A stretch of DNA of 62,646 bases from Halocafeteria seosinensis (Eukaryota): contig LVLI01000873.1 of assembly GCA_001687465.1 (NCBI GenBank), forward strand, positions 1-62,646, written 5' to 3'. Positions 49,082 to 62,175 of this stretch are shown one piece after another. The translations under genes and the position numbers were made by a program. The stretch's first letter is position 1. Each line of letters begins with the position of its first letter. The notes under the pieces were generated by a model, which made no database searches, had not been told where the DNA came from, and was given only the letters and a program-made list of their open reading frames with translations.

Positions 49082-50216
49082 AAACGTTAGACCTTAGATT
49101 TTGAGCCTCTCACCTCGCAACTCAGGGTAACCCATTTCTATACCTCATAGCGTACGTTTCACCTTTAGCCACCACAATAAGCATGCAAGTAATAGTTAAA
49201 CATTCCGAGAAAGAACAACCTCCTTCGCCCTATCGGGTTCACGAACTTCGCGTGTTACTAGTAGTTTACTACCGAGACCCTGGTACCAATAGTACAAGTA
49301 GTTCGGTAGTTCTTACCGCTTTAACTGCCCGCACTAAACTCTGCACAGGAAGTAGATGGAGATCGCTCATGGGCGACAATATCTTGCATCGCTATTATGG
49401 CTTTGAGTTCTTACCTTCTGAAAGTCTTGGCGACAAGACCCTGGACAACCATTCGACTTCCATTCCAAGGACATGCATTATTTCCTGTCGAAACTTTCGA
49501 CTCTGGAATTCATTGATTCAATTCAATCCTTGTCACTTCAACGAGGATAACTTTTGTTTCACTCCAGTCGCTAGCAACTTTAAGCGAGCCTGATGAAGGA
49601 AGCAGATAATACATGTTTCATTGTGGAGCAGCGGCCAGTAAACGAGCTTAGTACGAAGGTATGTGCTTCATGTAGCTCGGATAAGTTCGTTGAAAGACTT
49701 CCTATATTACGAGAAATCACAAAAATGGTCTGAAAGGGGCGATTTAAGGGAGCATGTTCTGCATTCACTACTGGCCGTATTGAGGGCTGGAAAAGGGCAT
49801 TTCCAAGATGGTGGGTAGATCATGTGATATAGATTGACATGCCGCTGTTGGCATGGGAAATGGAGTGGTTGACGAGGAAAGGGAGGCTTTGGGGGCCAAA
49901 GCGGACAAGAACAGACGCTTCAACTTCATTCACGTATACACGATGTTTCCCGACCACTTGCGCGAATCGGATCCAAAAGGAGTACCGCCATATCGATTGC
50001 CTTTCGTGTCCACTGGGAGTTTTTGAGTAAAATGAACTGGATGGGAGGGAGTGGGCCTCCCAACTGTGGGGCGTCGGCAAGAACAAGCGCGTGTCTAACA
50101 CTTGTCAATTGTCTTCGAGCTGATACTATTTTCCTCTGTTGTGTGGTTGCAGACAGTGCGCTTTCGTGCGTCTCTAGGAGTGGGACGAATTGTTTAAGGG
50201 GTGAAATAAAAGCGCC

Positions 50217-51481
50217 ATGCGCTTTTCCGAAGGCTCTAAGAGTGGGAGTGCTTCTGCAGCTACCTCGTACCTGGTGACCAAAACGGATCAGCCAGCTGAT
50301 AACAAAGAAGGGGAAAAAGAGTGGTGTGATCCATCGAGTGACGGTACTTTGACACAAGCCATAGCGGAACAGTCCACGCCAACGGATTCTTCCACTGGCA
50401 ACAAGATGGGTAGCCGCTACGGTGAGTGGAAGGATTCCTCTGAGCCACACGAAACCAACTCGACATCGACGTCGAAGAGCACACAAAACGATGTTGAGGA
50501 AGACGATTACATGCCTGAGCACACAAATCAAGGCCTAGATGCTCGGCAGAGTGAAAGTGGTAGAGACAAAAATGAAGTGAGCGGTGCCCAAACGGAGGGT
50601 ACTACTCCGACGGACGAACCAAATGGATTAAGAGACCTGTACGATGAAACACCATCTAATGGGGTAGCGGCAGCGTCTTCTTCCATGGCCGAAGCAACGC
50701 AGGATTGCCGACTGAATCGACTGGAGGACGCCGGTAGCACAATTATAGAGGTAAGTAGAACTCCGGTTTTCATGTTCTTTGATTATGCCTTCAAGTGTTG
50801 ATACTAACATTGACCAGGCGATCGGTGAAGATTCTGAGCGCGACGGACTATTAAAAACACCGCATCGTTTTGCCAAGTCGATGATGGCGTTGACATCAGG
50901 ATACAGGATGTCGGCGGAGAATATCATTAAGTCAGCTCTTTTTGATGTCGACAGCGATGATTTGGTTGTAGTTAGAGATATTGATTTCCATAGCCTATGT
51001 GAGCATCATATGCTTCCTTTCTATGGCAAAGTAAGTTTATGTGATAGGATGATTGGGAACTCTCCGACTGAATCAGTGAAGTTCTGCTCGACAGGTACAT
51101 ATCGGATACATACCACAGGGGAAAGTGGTAGGGTTGAGTAAACTTGCTCGTGTCGTGGAAGTTTTTAGCCGACGATTACAGGTTCAGGAAAGGCTGACCC
51201 AGGAAATAGCGGAGGCACTATATCATTATACAGACGCTCTTGGCGTTGCGGTCTTTGTTAGTGCATCGTAAGTTTCAGCTCTAGGCTAAGGCTTTAAACT
51301 ATTGGATTTCATCCCGCTGATCACATGCTACTACAGACATATGTGCATGAGCATGCGCGGCGTTGAACAACCGGATTCCAAAACTTCGACCACGTGTTTC
51401 AAAGGCTGTTTTAAAGGGCAGGCGGAATCGTCACGGGCGCACCGAAACGATTTTTTCGATCACCTGAGAAATTCGAATTGA
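50217..51481 (+). CDS. GCH1: GTP cyclohydrolase I (4 exons; start uncertain)
   Basis: [46 protein letters not shown]...[10 protein letters not shown] and HMCMSMRG (Zn ligands present). Long low-complexity N-extension. Confidence 0.95.
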
Positions 51482-52067
51482 AGCAGTGACGGTATTAGCA
51501 TGTTAAGCAATATACCTTATCATTAGTTACTATTGTTACTCTCGAAGTCTTTGGAATATAGTGATCAATGAATCACTGATCATGTATGACTTCAACTACT
51601 GTAGATTCTCTCTGCAGGTGAGCCGCACTAATTAGTGCATGGGTCGGAATGACCGACCCTTTTTCTCACATTGTACCAATATTTGCGATATTATGTGTTC
51701 CTGTGATGACTCGAAGGCATTGCGACGGTTCGTACAGTACGATTCGTACTGCCGCCCAGTGGCGCCCAAACGTGTTGTCAACACGGTGTTGACGATCCAA
51801 CGGACACATTGAAGGTTGCTGCGGCCTGGCGGTTCAACAAATCACTGGAACATACGGCTTAGTATTGATACTGTGAAAACTGACTTGCGGATCTTGAATC
51901 CACGAGTTGCCGCTTTAATTAGCTGAAAAGCCATTGCTTCATTTGTCATCTCCGAAGGTGGCCGGGACATTTTCTAGTCGGCCACAACTCACCCAGTCAA
52001 CTTTCTTCGGGTCTAGCTCCATTTCCTTCTCATTCAAGTAAACTTTAGACAAAAGCATACCTTCATA

Positions 52068-54864
52068 ATGAATGGGGACTTCGATTCTGACATTGCATAT
52101 GAGGGATATCTGGTCAAAAAAGCAGTTCGCACTCCCACGAAAAACTCGTAAGTTTGCGGCAACGCACCTGCTTCCCGCTAACACAGTGTATTTTGTGTGC
52201 CAATGCAGATGGACAAAGCGCTGGGTCACTCTCAAAAAGAGTGGCATTCTCGAGTATTGCAGCAAGAAGTACGACAAACCTAAGTTTAAACTTCGCATGG
52301 AACCTGACAGCAACATTACGATACTCGATCACCAAGACCCTCCCGCTAATCATCCTGGAAGAAAGAATGAGTTTCGGCTGGACGCCAAAGATGGCTTTTG
52401 CTTCTATGCATGTGCAAAAAGTCAGGAAGAATTGATGCTTTGGTACGAGGCGTTCCGGATCACACTATACGGCATCCAACAGAAAGTGTCCTTCGAAGAA
52501 GCTTACCATATGTTGAAAGAACAAGAAGCTGCAGAAAAGGCAAAGCAAGAACAGCCTTCATCTCCACAAGCTAAACAAGGAAGAATTGTATCAATGGCTG
52601 ATGCTGTTCAGCTCGCAAGAACAAACTTCGCGGAAGTTTACGCCTTTGGGAACGGAAATGCTGGACAACTAGGAATTGGCGAAGAAGTTGGTGGAGGCAA
52701 ATGCCACCCGGTTAGGATTGAGGCTTTTCACACTCAACCAGCTCCCAAACGCGTTGCCTGCGGAAGAAACTTTAGTATGGTCATCTCTTGTAAGGACAAA
52801 GTAATGGCATGGGGAAAAAACTCGCATGGGCAACTTGGGCTGAACGAAGTTAAAACCAGTCTTCGGCCCGTTATCGTTCCCGCACTTAGGTCGCTGCGTG
52901 TACGTAGTGTAGCGTGCGGAAGTCACCATGCGGTTATTTGCAACACAGAGGGAGAAGTATATTGCTGGGGCTCTAACAAATATGGACAATGTGGCTCTGG
53001 TCGAGGTGTTCTTCCTCGCGAGCAACTGCATTCCACTCAAAAGGCCATTGAAGCTCTAGGTCCTGCTACCATTAGCCAACCCTCCTTACTATCACACTTT
53101 GGACGGACAAGCAGTAGCACTCGCGGACATATCCCAGCAGGTGTCCTCATAGACCGGGTGTTTGCCGGAGTGGATGCCACTGCGGCCATTGACTCCAGGG
53201 GATCGGTTTTTGTTTGGGGGCACAACCATCAAGGAAAACTAGGTGTAGGCAAAGGGCTTGTGGACACAGCCTTAGGCTTTCCCCACAAGCCGCAGTCCAC
53301 TTCAGCGGAGGACTTGGATCAAATACGATTCGTCAAAGTGGCGATCTCCTCCACCTTCTCCCTTTGGTTAACGGTGCCAAAGTCTACCGACGGTGTCATT
53401 ATTGAGGACCAGGAACTGAACTCCTTGCTCAGAAGACGCAGGACCACCCTTAGTGCGAGAACTGAAAATGTTCCTGCCAACTACACAGATGCTGTTCAGA
53501 GAGGTGTCGCGGAAGAGTTGTCACAAACCATTGATCAAGCAAACGAAGACATTGATGTAACTGATATCCCGTTATTGCCCCATTGGGACCCGTGGTATCC
53601 TGGCTCCTTCGAAGGAAGGCTGCATATAAGCGGCAGAGCAGGAATTTCCAAAACTGACTGGGAAGCGGATTTGGACAAGTATTCCCGGTTGTTTTACTCC
53701 AAGACGTTTGAAAAGCAAATGTTGGTAACTGACGTTGCCGCAGGAATAACCCATGCTGCCGCCATCTCTCGTGGCAGAATATTTACGATTGGGTATGGTT
53801 GGCTTGGTCTTACTGACGACTACGGAAGAGAACTCCCTAACGCTGATAGTAAGTCACAAGCAGTTCAGGACTGTGCACTCCTTGGTGTCACCGATACCAA
53901 TCAACAAGGATCGGGACAGCTTGCATCTGACATGCAATTAGTTTCAACATTGCAGCTCGAATCATTGATCTGCTCCAGTGTAGGGGACAGGTTTACCATG
54001 GCACTGTCGGGAAACGGGAGAGTATATGGTTGGGGAGAGTGCGTGTTCGGACAATTGGGCACGGGGAAGTATCTATCCAGACCGGTACCATTTTCTGCTA
54101 CACCCGTCGTGTCTATTAAGGGCTTTCATGCTAAACTCGTTGGCACAGGGGCAGAGCACACACTATCAGTATGGCATCAAGGGAATCCTAAGGGGGACAG
54201 CAGAGACAGAGCAGTGGTAAGGAAAGCGTGCGAGCAATGGTGGAAAAAGACGATGTCTAGAATTCGAGGTACTGCATCTAAAGAATTGCTCAGCCGGATT
54301 CCAGAAAGGACGTTTGCGGGTAGCGCAAACGAAGTCGACGTCATAGATAAGGAAGCTCAATCCTGGGGTATAAACCAAACAGTGCAAGAGGTAGGAAACA
54401 AGTACGGCTTATTTGACGGAAGTTTAAAAATTCGAGACTCCAGCCAAGGGCCAGAAGAATCCACATCTGCCCCACAGGAAGAACAGTCCGCTTCGCAAGA
54501 GAACCAGCAAGAGAGCCGCACGGCTGCGTCAGCGGTCAGTGACCATAATGGCAGTCGCGTTACGCAAGCAGAACAAACTATTGAAGGGGAGTCCCAGCTG
54601 GAAAGTCACGCATCCGCCAGTGAGAGCGATAGCGGGGACAAGTGGTCCTCCGAGGATGAAGATGATAATGGACATGAGACGCACACCGGACAAAACACAG
54701 AGGAATCAGAACCCACCCTATCCCTGGCCGAAAGACGAAGGAAACGCCGCGAAACCATCCGGGCCTCGGTCAAAGCGGGAATCAAGGGACAACCGGCGCC
54801 CACGATCACAGAGGTTGCACAGCGGATGTCTCTAGACAACACATCAAATGCAGAGCATAGCTAA
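52068..54864 (+). CDS. PH domain + RCC1-repeat protein (2 exons)
   Basis: Spliced N-terminus MNGDFDSDIAYEGYLVKK...NS-WTKRWVTL...ELMLWYEAF (PH). RCC1 repeats: VYAFGNGNAGQLG, AWGKNSHGQLG, CWGSNKYGQCG, VWGHNHQGKLG, GWGECVFGQLG. Confidence 0.88.
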
Positions 54865-54877
54865 GCCATAGTAGACC

Positions 54878-56292
54878 TCAGTGCTTGGAGACAACGGTGA
54901 GAAGTCTTAGTTTAAATTTGCCCTGTCTGGTCAAAGAATCGAAGCCAGTTCTAACGATACCACTGTCGCAGCAGCGGGTCCACTTCAGAGCATCAGCAGT
55001 CACATCTACTACTTCAAGATTAAATTTTCTGACCTCTTCCGAAAATGCCTCAAATGTATCTAGACGTCTTATAGTGTAGGCGATTAGAAACAAAGGTTTA
55101 TGGATTTGCGAGTCGTGCTGCACTGCTCGAAATCTCTCCCCTACCAATCTTGCTAGATGGTAGGCCGTGTCGGGTGAGTACAGCAGGTCACTTCCAAAGA
55201 TAAAGGACGAGTCAAGAGTCATCCGTGCCTGGACAGAGAGGTCTTCATAATCAATGCCCTGCCTGCCGTCAACGTAGTCCCTGATCTCTTCGGAGCACGC
55301 TCCCCATTCTAGTTCTCTCGCAGCGCACTTTCGTTTTGCCTGCGGATTCAGATTGATATTATGGCTCATTGAATGCATAACCTCTTTGAAATCAGTCAGA
55401 TATAGTTGATTAATATCAGTTACAGTTGCCACAGCGATCCCAGTTAGTCCGGTACCACTTCCTAGCTCAATTGCTGTTTGGCCCGAGAATGTATTCCTGC
55501 AGCACGCCGCAAAATGAGCCAGAAAATAAGCCCCTTCCCAGACGCGTTGTGCGATTTCACTCAAGTTTTTTGACTCTTTAATGGTGATCTTGGTGGGTTC
55601 AACTTCTTTCGCAATTCTGTATAGCGGCTCCATGTGTTTTGAGGGAACGTAGCAGACATCTTCTATATCTTCGTCTGAGTAGTTGCATGGGGGGTTGTTT
55701 TCTAGAGTTCTTTCCAGATCCTCTATTGTTTGAGGTTTATCTTGGCTACAGCATTCGCACCTTCGGATAGGAAATGTTATGTAGCCGTAGTCACTCTCCC
55801 GGCTATTTTCCGGAGGGTTCTTGGCCGCGATCGTCAGGAAAGGCTTCCATTGCGAGGGGATATAGCTTTGCATAGCAGACATGGGCACACCACTCAATAT
55901 CGCAGCAACTGCTGCTACACTATCACTTAATGCTCCTTCTCGTTGATGCTGGCGTACTCTCTCTTCGAGTGTATTCACTAGTCGCTTCAAAAAGTCGTGT
56001 GTATACGATTGCGCTGGAGGGTAGTCCTGCAGTATTTGCGATCCGAGCACACTATCTAACAACGTGTATTGCACATCCTCATTGCTGATATCCTTGATCG
56101 TAGGGATGACCTGTATATAATGCAATTAATTTTTTGTACCCACGTACTTGTGGAAGCGCCTTCTCACCTTCCGCTGTGCGGAGTCGAGAGCCCCACCATA
56201 CGTACCTGGTCCAGAATATCCGGTATAGGGACTGCTTGAGCAACATAGTGAGTGACTACCTTTGCCACACTTTCGTCCGAAAGCGAGTTCAT
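54878..56292 (-). CDS. EEF2KMT: eEF2 lysine methyltransferase (FAM86A/Efm3-like), 2 exons
   Basis: FAM86-like N-domain YPPAQSYTHDFLKRLVNTLE plus MTase16 motifs RVWEGA, AIELGSGTGLTG, LTD, LEW and GSDLLY. Confidence 0.8.
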
Positions 56293-57242
56293 CCTACTTT
56301 GCCTAACAAACACAATTAATGTGGCTTTATCGAGAAGCCCGGTGTCAGTCGTACACTGTCTCACAGGTCTGGAAGGAGCAAGCACCAGCTCGTACTTAGA
56401 GCGCTGTTTGACACGTTCTAGGGGGATTTCAGCAGGGCAAACTGGTGACAAAATTGTCAATTCACTTGGGGAGGAACATTGTAGTGTATGGAATGAAGGC
56501 AAGCAGTGCGACCTTTGCCAAGAGCGCTTTGCGACGCGCGTGGTAGTGGAAGGATTGAATCCCGACTTTCCGAATCGAGTTTCAACTTAAGTCTCGACTT
56601 CAATCAGCCGTTGATTGATTGGCGAACGCTGTAGCAGTTTACCTGGAAGCTACTTGAACTGCACTCGACCGAATCTCTGCGGATTCAAATGCATATCCAT
56701 TTCCCAAGATTTCTGTTTCACGACGCACGCTCTTCCGACGATAGTAGGTGAGTACGATCTCCGTTCCACAGCTCCCCAAAAAAAATTAAAAAATCCGGAG
56801 CTATTGGTGGGCAATTCAAAATCTTTGCCCGAAAAGTCAAAAAGCGAAGTGCCACTCACTCACGTCAGTGATGTCCTTCCATCTGAAGGTGATCAGTGGA
56901 ATTACTGGTGAGTTTCAGATTTTATAGCCTTCATACATTAAAATTGTGCGATTGACTAGATCGGGAAAGAAAATCATTACATTCCATTTGCCATATAGGT
57001 TCGTACATTTTAAGTTTTTCTGAAAAAAACTCGTCCAAATCTAATAGAGGTCAGTACGGTAGGTATCAAAGGAGCTAAGTATGTCGCTGAGGCGTGATAA
57101 TGCTAGCAAGTTGGAGTACCCCTGCACTGCTCTGTAAAGTCATGTCTCGGGACCTTTGGCCACAAGGTAGCCAGTAACAACCGGACTCTTGCGACATTAC
57201 AATGCGAAGTTCCGGGCCCATGATGGAATGCATTCTTGATTC

Positions 57243-59022
57243 TTAGACGGGACCTTCTTCGCAATAGCCGGGACCCATTGGGGTTGCGTTGATTCCTCGA
57301 CCAACCAACCTGCAACGATGGTACTGCAATCGCGGCTCAGCTGAACCGACACTGTTGACGGTCTTGGGCGACCATAAGCGCTCGGCTACTGCAGCGGCTC
57401 GAGGCCATAATTGTGGTTCAACATTGGTGTGATCAGCAAATTCACCGAACAAAACTGCTTCTCCTCCCAAGATTCGCTCCTCCTCCGAAGGTGTGAGGGA
57501 GGTATTCGCTGTTGGCTCATTAAGATAGACACTTTGCCAAGGAATGTATGCGCAACTTGGGTTAAACCCACAGTTGAGGTACCACGCATTAGAGTTGCTC
57601 AATATGGCTCTGTATCCGTCCTTGACTACTCCTGCTAGATCTTTGATAGACTTCCAAACTTGTATGATTGTGTTCGATGGTACGTTAATTCCATCTTCCC
57701 AGACTTCCACCCAATGAGTAGGGATTTTGCTATTGTCAGAGACAAATCCATCCGCATATGAAACAAAATATTGCATCAGTTTGTTATAATCACTGTAGCC
57801 GTGCTTGTTCATCCAAGCCTGAATGCTGGAGTCTTCTCCCCAGCAACCATAAACGACCTCATCGCCGCCAATATGGAACACATTATCGGGGAAATAACCT
57901 GCCATGCTGGATATGACCTTGGACACAACTGCTTGAGTCTCATTTAAGATAGGATTCAGCGGAATATTGTTGATGTTGTGTGCATAACCTGCATTAAACG
58001 CAACTCATGAATATCAACGTTGTCAAGTATGTAAATAGTACGACTAACCTGGACAGGTGGCAACTATGTTGGGAAGTCCAATGCCCCAGCTATACGAATG
58101 CCCTGGTACGTCGAATTCAGGAACTACTCTTATTCCTCGTGCTGTCGCATAGCTAACCACGGCTGTCAAGTTTTGTAAAGAGTACGTTAATTTGGAGGAA
58201 TACGCTCCCTGAAGAGAATCAAACAGTTTTCCGTTATACCTCTTCAAAGCAGTGGCTGTCAAGTGCGAGACAACTCACCTTTATGAGATCGGGGACGCCT
58301 GGAATTTCGATGGGGAAGCTTTGCGCGTCCGTAATATGCCAATGCAGTGTGTTCATCTTACTCCAAGCCATCGCATCTATGGTTCGCAAGATGGTGTCCA
58401 TCGGCAGGTAGTGTCGAGCTGTGTCCAATAACACCCCTCGGTGTGGGAAACGGGGAACATCTTGGAAGTTCAACGGTACCATGTTGATGGATAGCATGGT
58501 TGACCCTCCTGTCGATTCCACGACATTCCGCTGTACAAGTTGCGCAAAACTCTCTAGACCACGAAGCGCACCCCACGTCGTGTTTGCCACCAATTTTGCG
58601 GTGCTTCCATCCCGACTGGGAATGGAGATATTGTAACTCTCGTCCACCCCCAATTGCAGCGGTTGATTGGGCTTCACCACCGTCACTTCCAGACCATGCA
58701 ACCGCGGAGTTGACACTCTGCTGTCACGTGTATACCGCAAGCGCGCTTGGGAAAGGGAACTAGAGGCACCGAATATGAGCTCCCGGTATCTGTCGAAGGC
58801 ATTCGTCAAAATCCCCGCATCATCCCGGGAATTTGTGGTAGTGAACTGGAAGCTACTGCTCTCGGCCAACAGAATCAATTCCGTCCCCGTAGTGATCGTG
58901 CCGCTCGGCATAGGCCAAAGCACATCCCAGGGACCTCCAGGACTAGCTGTAGATTTGGAAGAGTGAACTTCCACCGCCAACCACCCGCATATCAATGCTG
59001 CCATAGAACAAGCCGATTTCAT
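57243..59022 (-). CDS. Beta-N-acetylhexosaminidase (GH20), secreted/lysosomal, 3 exons
   Basis: Signal-like N-terminus, LWPMP, VDESY, WGALRGLESF, DVPRFPHRGVLLDTARH, HWHITDAQSFP, PEFDVPGH, catalytic HIGGDEV and LWPRAAAVAERLWS. Confidence 0.95.
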
Positions 59023-59378
59023 CGTATTCTCCACTTGTTTCTTCATACATTCCGGATGGGAAAAATCCCTTTTATATCTAGTTTGAATACGATGACAATC
59101 CCATTTCAATCTCTTGTGTAGGAAGCCAACCCTGAACCCGTTGAAGTTGGACGGCAAATAGTACCACGTATACCCCTGGAATATTAGCCATGTTATATTG
59201 GCCCATATTTCACAAAGTTGGAAAGATAGATTAGAATAGAAATACATTCGAAGGAAACATATGTATAGATAGATCGGTATCTGTATATTTCTGCTTTTGT
59301 TTGCGAGATCCGTCTCTCAGCCCAGCAAACCATCATGTTTAACCATGGAGGGCGGCTACAAAGAATCGGGTGTTAAGT

Positions 59379-61825
59379 TTAGTCATCCATGTAAAAGTAG
59401 CTTCCTTTCTTCTTTTGCTCTCTGTCTTTCTCAGAGTCCCGTTTATTGATTCGAGGGCGGTAGTTGGTCGGATCACGACGGAATGTGATCTCCAGCATGG
59501 CCAAGAATTCATTCATACCAGTCAAGAGAGACTGGGGTTTACCTGCCGTACATTCAATACCAGGAGTGCCCTTGAATACAATAACTTTATCGGCAAGGTA
59601 TGTTGCCATTATAAAGTCATGCTCCACAATGAAGGCCACTTTCTTCGCATGCAGGATGAAACGCTTGATGAGCTTAGCAGCAACAATACGCTGTTCAGAG
59701 TCCAGGTACGCTGACGGTTCGTCAATGAGGTAAACTTGGGCGGGTTTTCCCAAACAAAGTGTAATTGCTACTCTTTGCAGTTCACCACCCGATAGATGTT
59801 TTACATCCTGATCAATGACGGAGTCCAAAGACATGGGTTTGATGACATCAGTGTTGAACTGTGGATGCAAGAAAGCTTCCTTTATCTTCTTGTAAAAGAG
59901 TGTTCTAACGCTACCTTCGAACTTTGGACTAATTTTTTGTGGCTTGTAGCTCACTGTAAATCCATCCACCTCGGGAACTTTCTCCTCCTCACCCATGGGG
60001 TCACTCTCCATGAGACCAGCGAGCATTCGGATGAAGGTAGTCTTTCCAGACCCGTTCTCACCTACCATAACGATGATTTGACTGTCAGAAAATTGGCCAG
60101 CCTCTACGGACAGTTGGAAACTGTTTCCCTCTTTACTCTTAAGGAATTTCTTCATATCTGGGTATCGATATGTGCCACGGGACTTATCTCCTTCGATTAG
60201 CATTTCGTCCTCGACGTTTTGAGCCACCTTGAATGTGAGCTCCTCTTGTCGGAAGCGCATATTCTCAGTAGGGATGAACCCCGATAAGAAAATATTGATA
60301 CCCTCACGGACGGAGAAAGGCATTGTAACGACACCATAAACTCCTGGCAACCCATACAGGCAGCAGATGTAATCGGAGAGATAATCCAAAACTGCTAAAT
60401 CGTGCTCGACCACTAAAACATATTTGCGTTCCGCGTCTTCCTGGTCTAGCAACCCTCGAATAACATTCGCAGCTTTCATACGTTGTTTGACATCAAGGTA
60501 GGAAGATGGTTCGTCTAACATATACATATCTGCGTTCTGGACGGCGACGACACAGATTGCAAACCGTTGCAATTCTCCACCCGACAACAAGTCGACTTCA
60601 CGCTCAGACACATGCGATAGGTCTAGCTCCTTCATCATTCGTTCCTGTACACCGCGGGAGTCCTTGGCGGAAATAATCTTGCCCACTTGGCCTTTGACAG
60701 CTCGTGGAATATGATCCACATATTGCGGTTTGATAATAGCACGAATGTTTTCTTCTAAAATACGAGTGAAATAGCCTTGGAGTTCGTTTCCTCGAAAGTA
60801 CTTTAATATATCTTCCCATGTTGGAGGATCGTCGTGCTTTCCAAGATTAGGCTTCATCTTACCAGCCAGAATCTTTAAAGCGGTACTCTTCCCGATACCG
60901 TTCGTCCCTACTAGTCCAAGTACTTCGCCTCCACGAGGTGTCGGCAAGCGATGAAGCTTGAAACTGTTTGCTCCATATCTATGTGTAGTTTCCTTCTCCA
61001 TGTCCTGCAAGGGTTAACATGGTAAATACTATGTACTGCTGGTACTGCCTATCCTGCTGACCCCGTACCTTGGGAAGGTTGATAATTGTGATGGCTTCAA
61101 AGGGGCACTTCTTGACACAGATACCACATCCGATACAGAGCTGCAAAATGAAACCATTCCATTAACATGTTGAATCAACCGGGTGCACTCATGAATGCCG
61201 AGTCGATTTGTACGTACGGACTCGGAAATGAACGCCACCTTGTCCTTGGGAGTAACCTCGATACACATTTTACCTGTGGCAGTCAGCAGCAAAGAACCGT
61301 GTGAACAATCAGTACACTACTTGGAGAACCTATATCACCGAAAATTCGGTCGTGTTGGGCCTACAATGCATCGTATACACTTACCCATGCGTACCACGGG
61401 GCAGCTCCTTTTGCATTCCTGCTTACATTTCTTCGGCTTGCACTGCATTCGCAAAGATCACATTGACACAGTTATTGACGTTGAACCTATCTTCAAGTCA
61501 TGTCAAAGCCGCATGCACAATAAAGCATCATTATCCTCGAAATGACGCCCATAATAAACCAGGGTCACACAGGGTGACACGCTCCCCTACAGGGCCCCTT
61601 TGACAGAAACTACAAAAAATATCAGGGGGTGTCGCCTACCCCCCTTCAAGCACAGGAATCGTACGATTCAGTTCTTTCCATAGGCGCAATATCAAAGAAT
61701 TCGCGCAGAACAGGTCCTCAGAAGACTAGCCAATGGTATGGAGGCATCTCACGTACTTTATCCGAATTGACGATGGCAATACGGGAGCCACTAGCTCCAC
61801 TGGCCACTGCTTCAGCCGAAGACAT
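59379..61825 (-). CDS. ABCE1: ABC ATPase ABCE1/Rli1 ribosome recycling factor (5 exons)
   Basis: [43 protein letters not shown] (Fe-S), two NBDs ([24 protein letters not shown] x2) and [16 protein letters not shown]. Confidence 0.97.
61500..61710 (-). other. Hairpin-rich element in the 314-nt first intron of ABCE1 (candidate intronic ncRNA)
   Basis: Several local inverted repeats and an ATTTTTTG motif inside an intron several times longer than typical here. No family recognised. Confidence 0.3.
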
Positions 61826-62010
61826 GATGGCACACTAGTCAGACACTGTATCAACCGACTCTCTCCCACTCAATCTACTTCCTCCTGTGCTCATACTCCT
61901 CGTCGTATGCAGCGCACAAACCAACTTCTCCGTATACATACAACTTCGACAGAGGGGTGCTGAAAACTAAACGCGTCAAACATTTCGTTTACTTTACGAA
62001 TTTCCCGAAG

Positions 62011-62175
62011 CGTGTACGGGAGGACAGATCCTCCGTCATGGGCGCGGGGGAGACAAAGGGGACAGCCTGACCCTGTCTGCCATAAGCGTGGCAGGGGAGC
62101 GCCCTGGGCAGGGCCGGATGGCCCGGTTGAGAAGGTGGGACACGGTACGGTGCATCAACCACGCACTTGTACGTC
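62011..62175. other. GC-rich multi-hairpin element upstream of ABCE1 (candidate ncRNA or regulatory structure)
   Basis: Six short inverted repeats in ~165 bp. No family recognised. Confidence 0.3.

Noticed and set aside
56252..56911. Plus-strand ORFs 56252-56590 (contains CxxC) and 56615-56911
   Set aside because: Non-ATG starts and no convincing domain; the first also overlaps the EEF2KMT start.
61443..61756. TPP riboswitch, U3, U17/snR30, SRP or RNase P/MRP identity for the ABCE1 intron element
   Set aside because: The diagnostic conserved boxes are not present in the required order.
62089..62099. TGGCAGGGGAG resemblance to U1 snRNA
   Set aside because: The essential 5' ATACTTACC sequence and downstream Sm site are absent.
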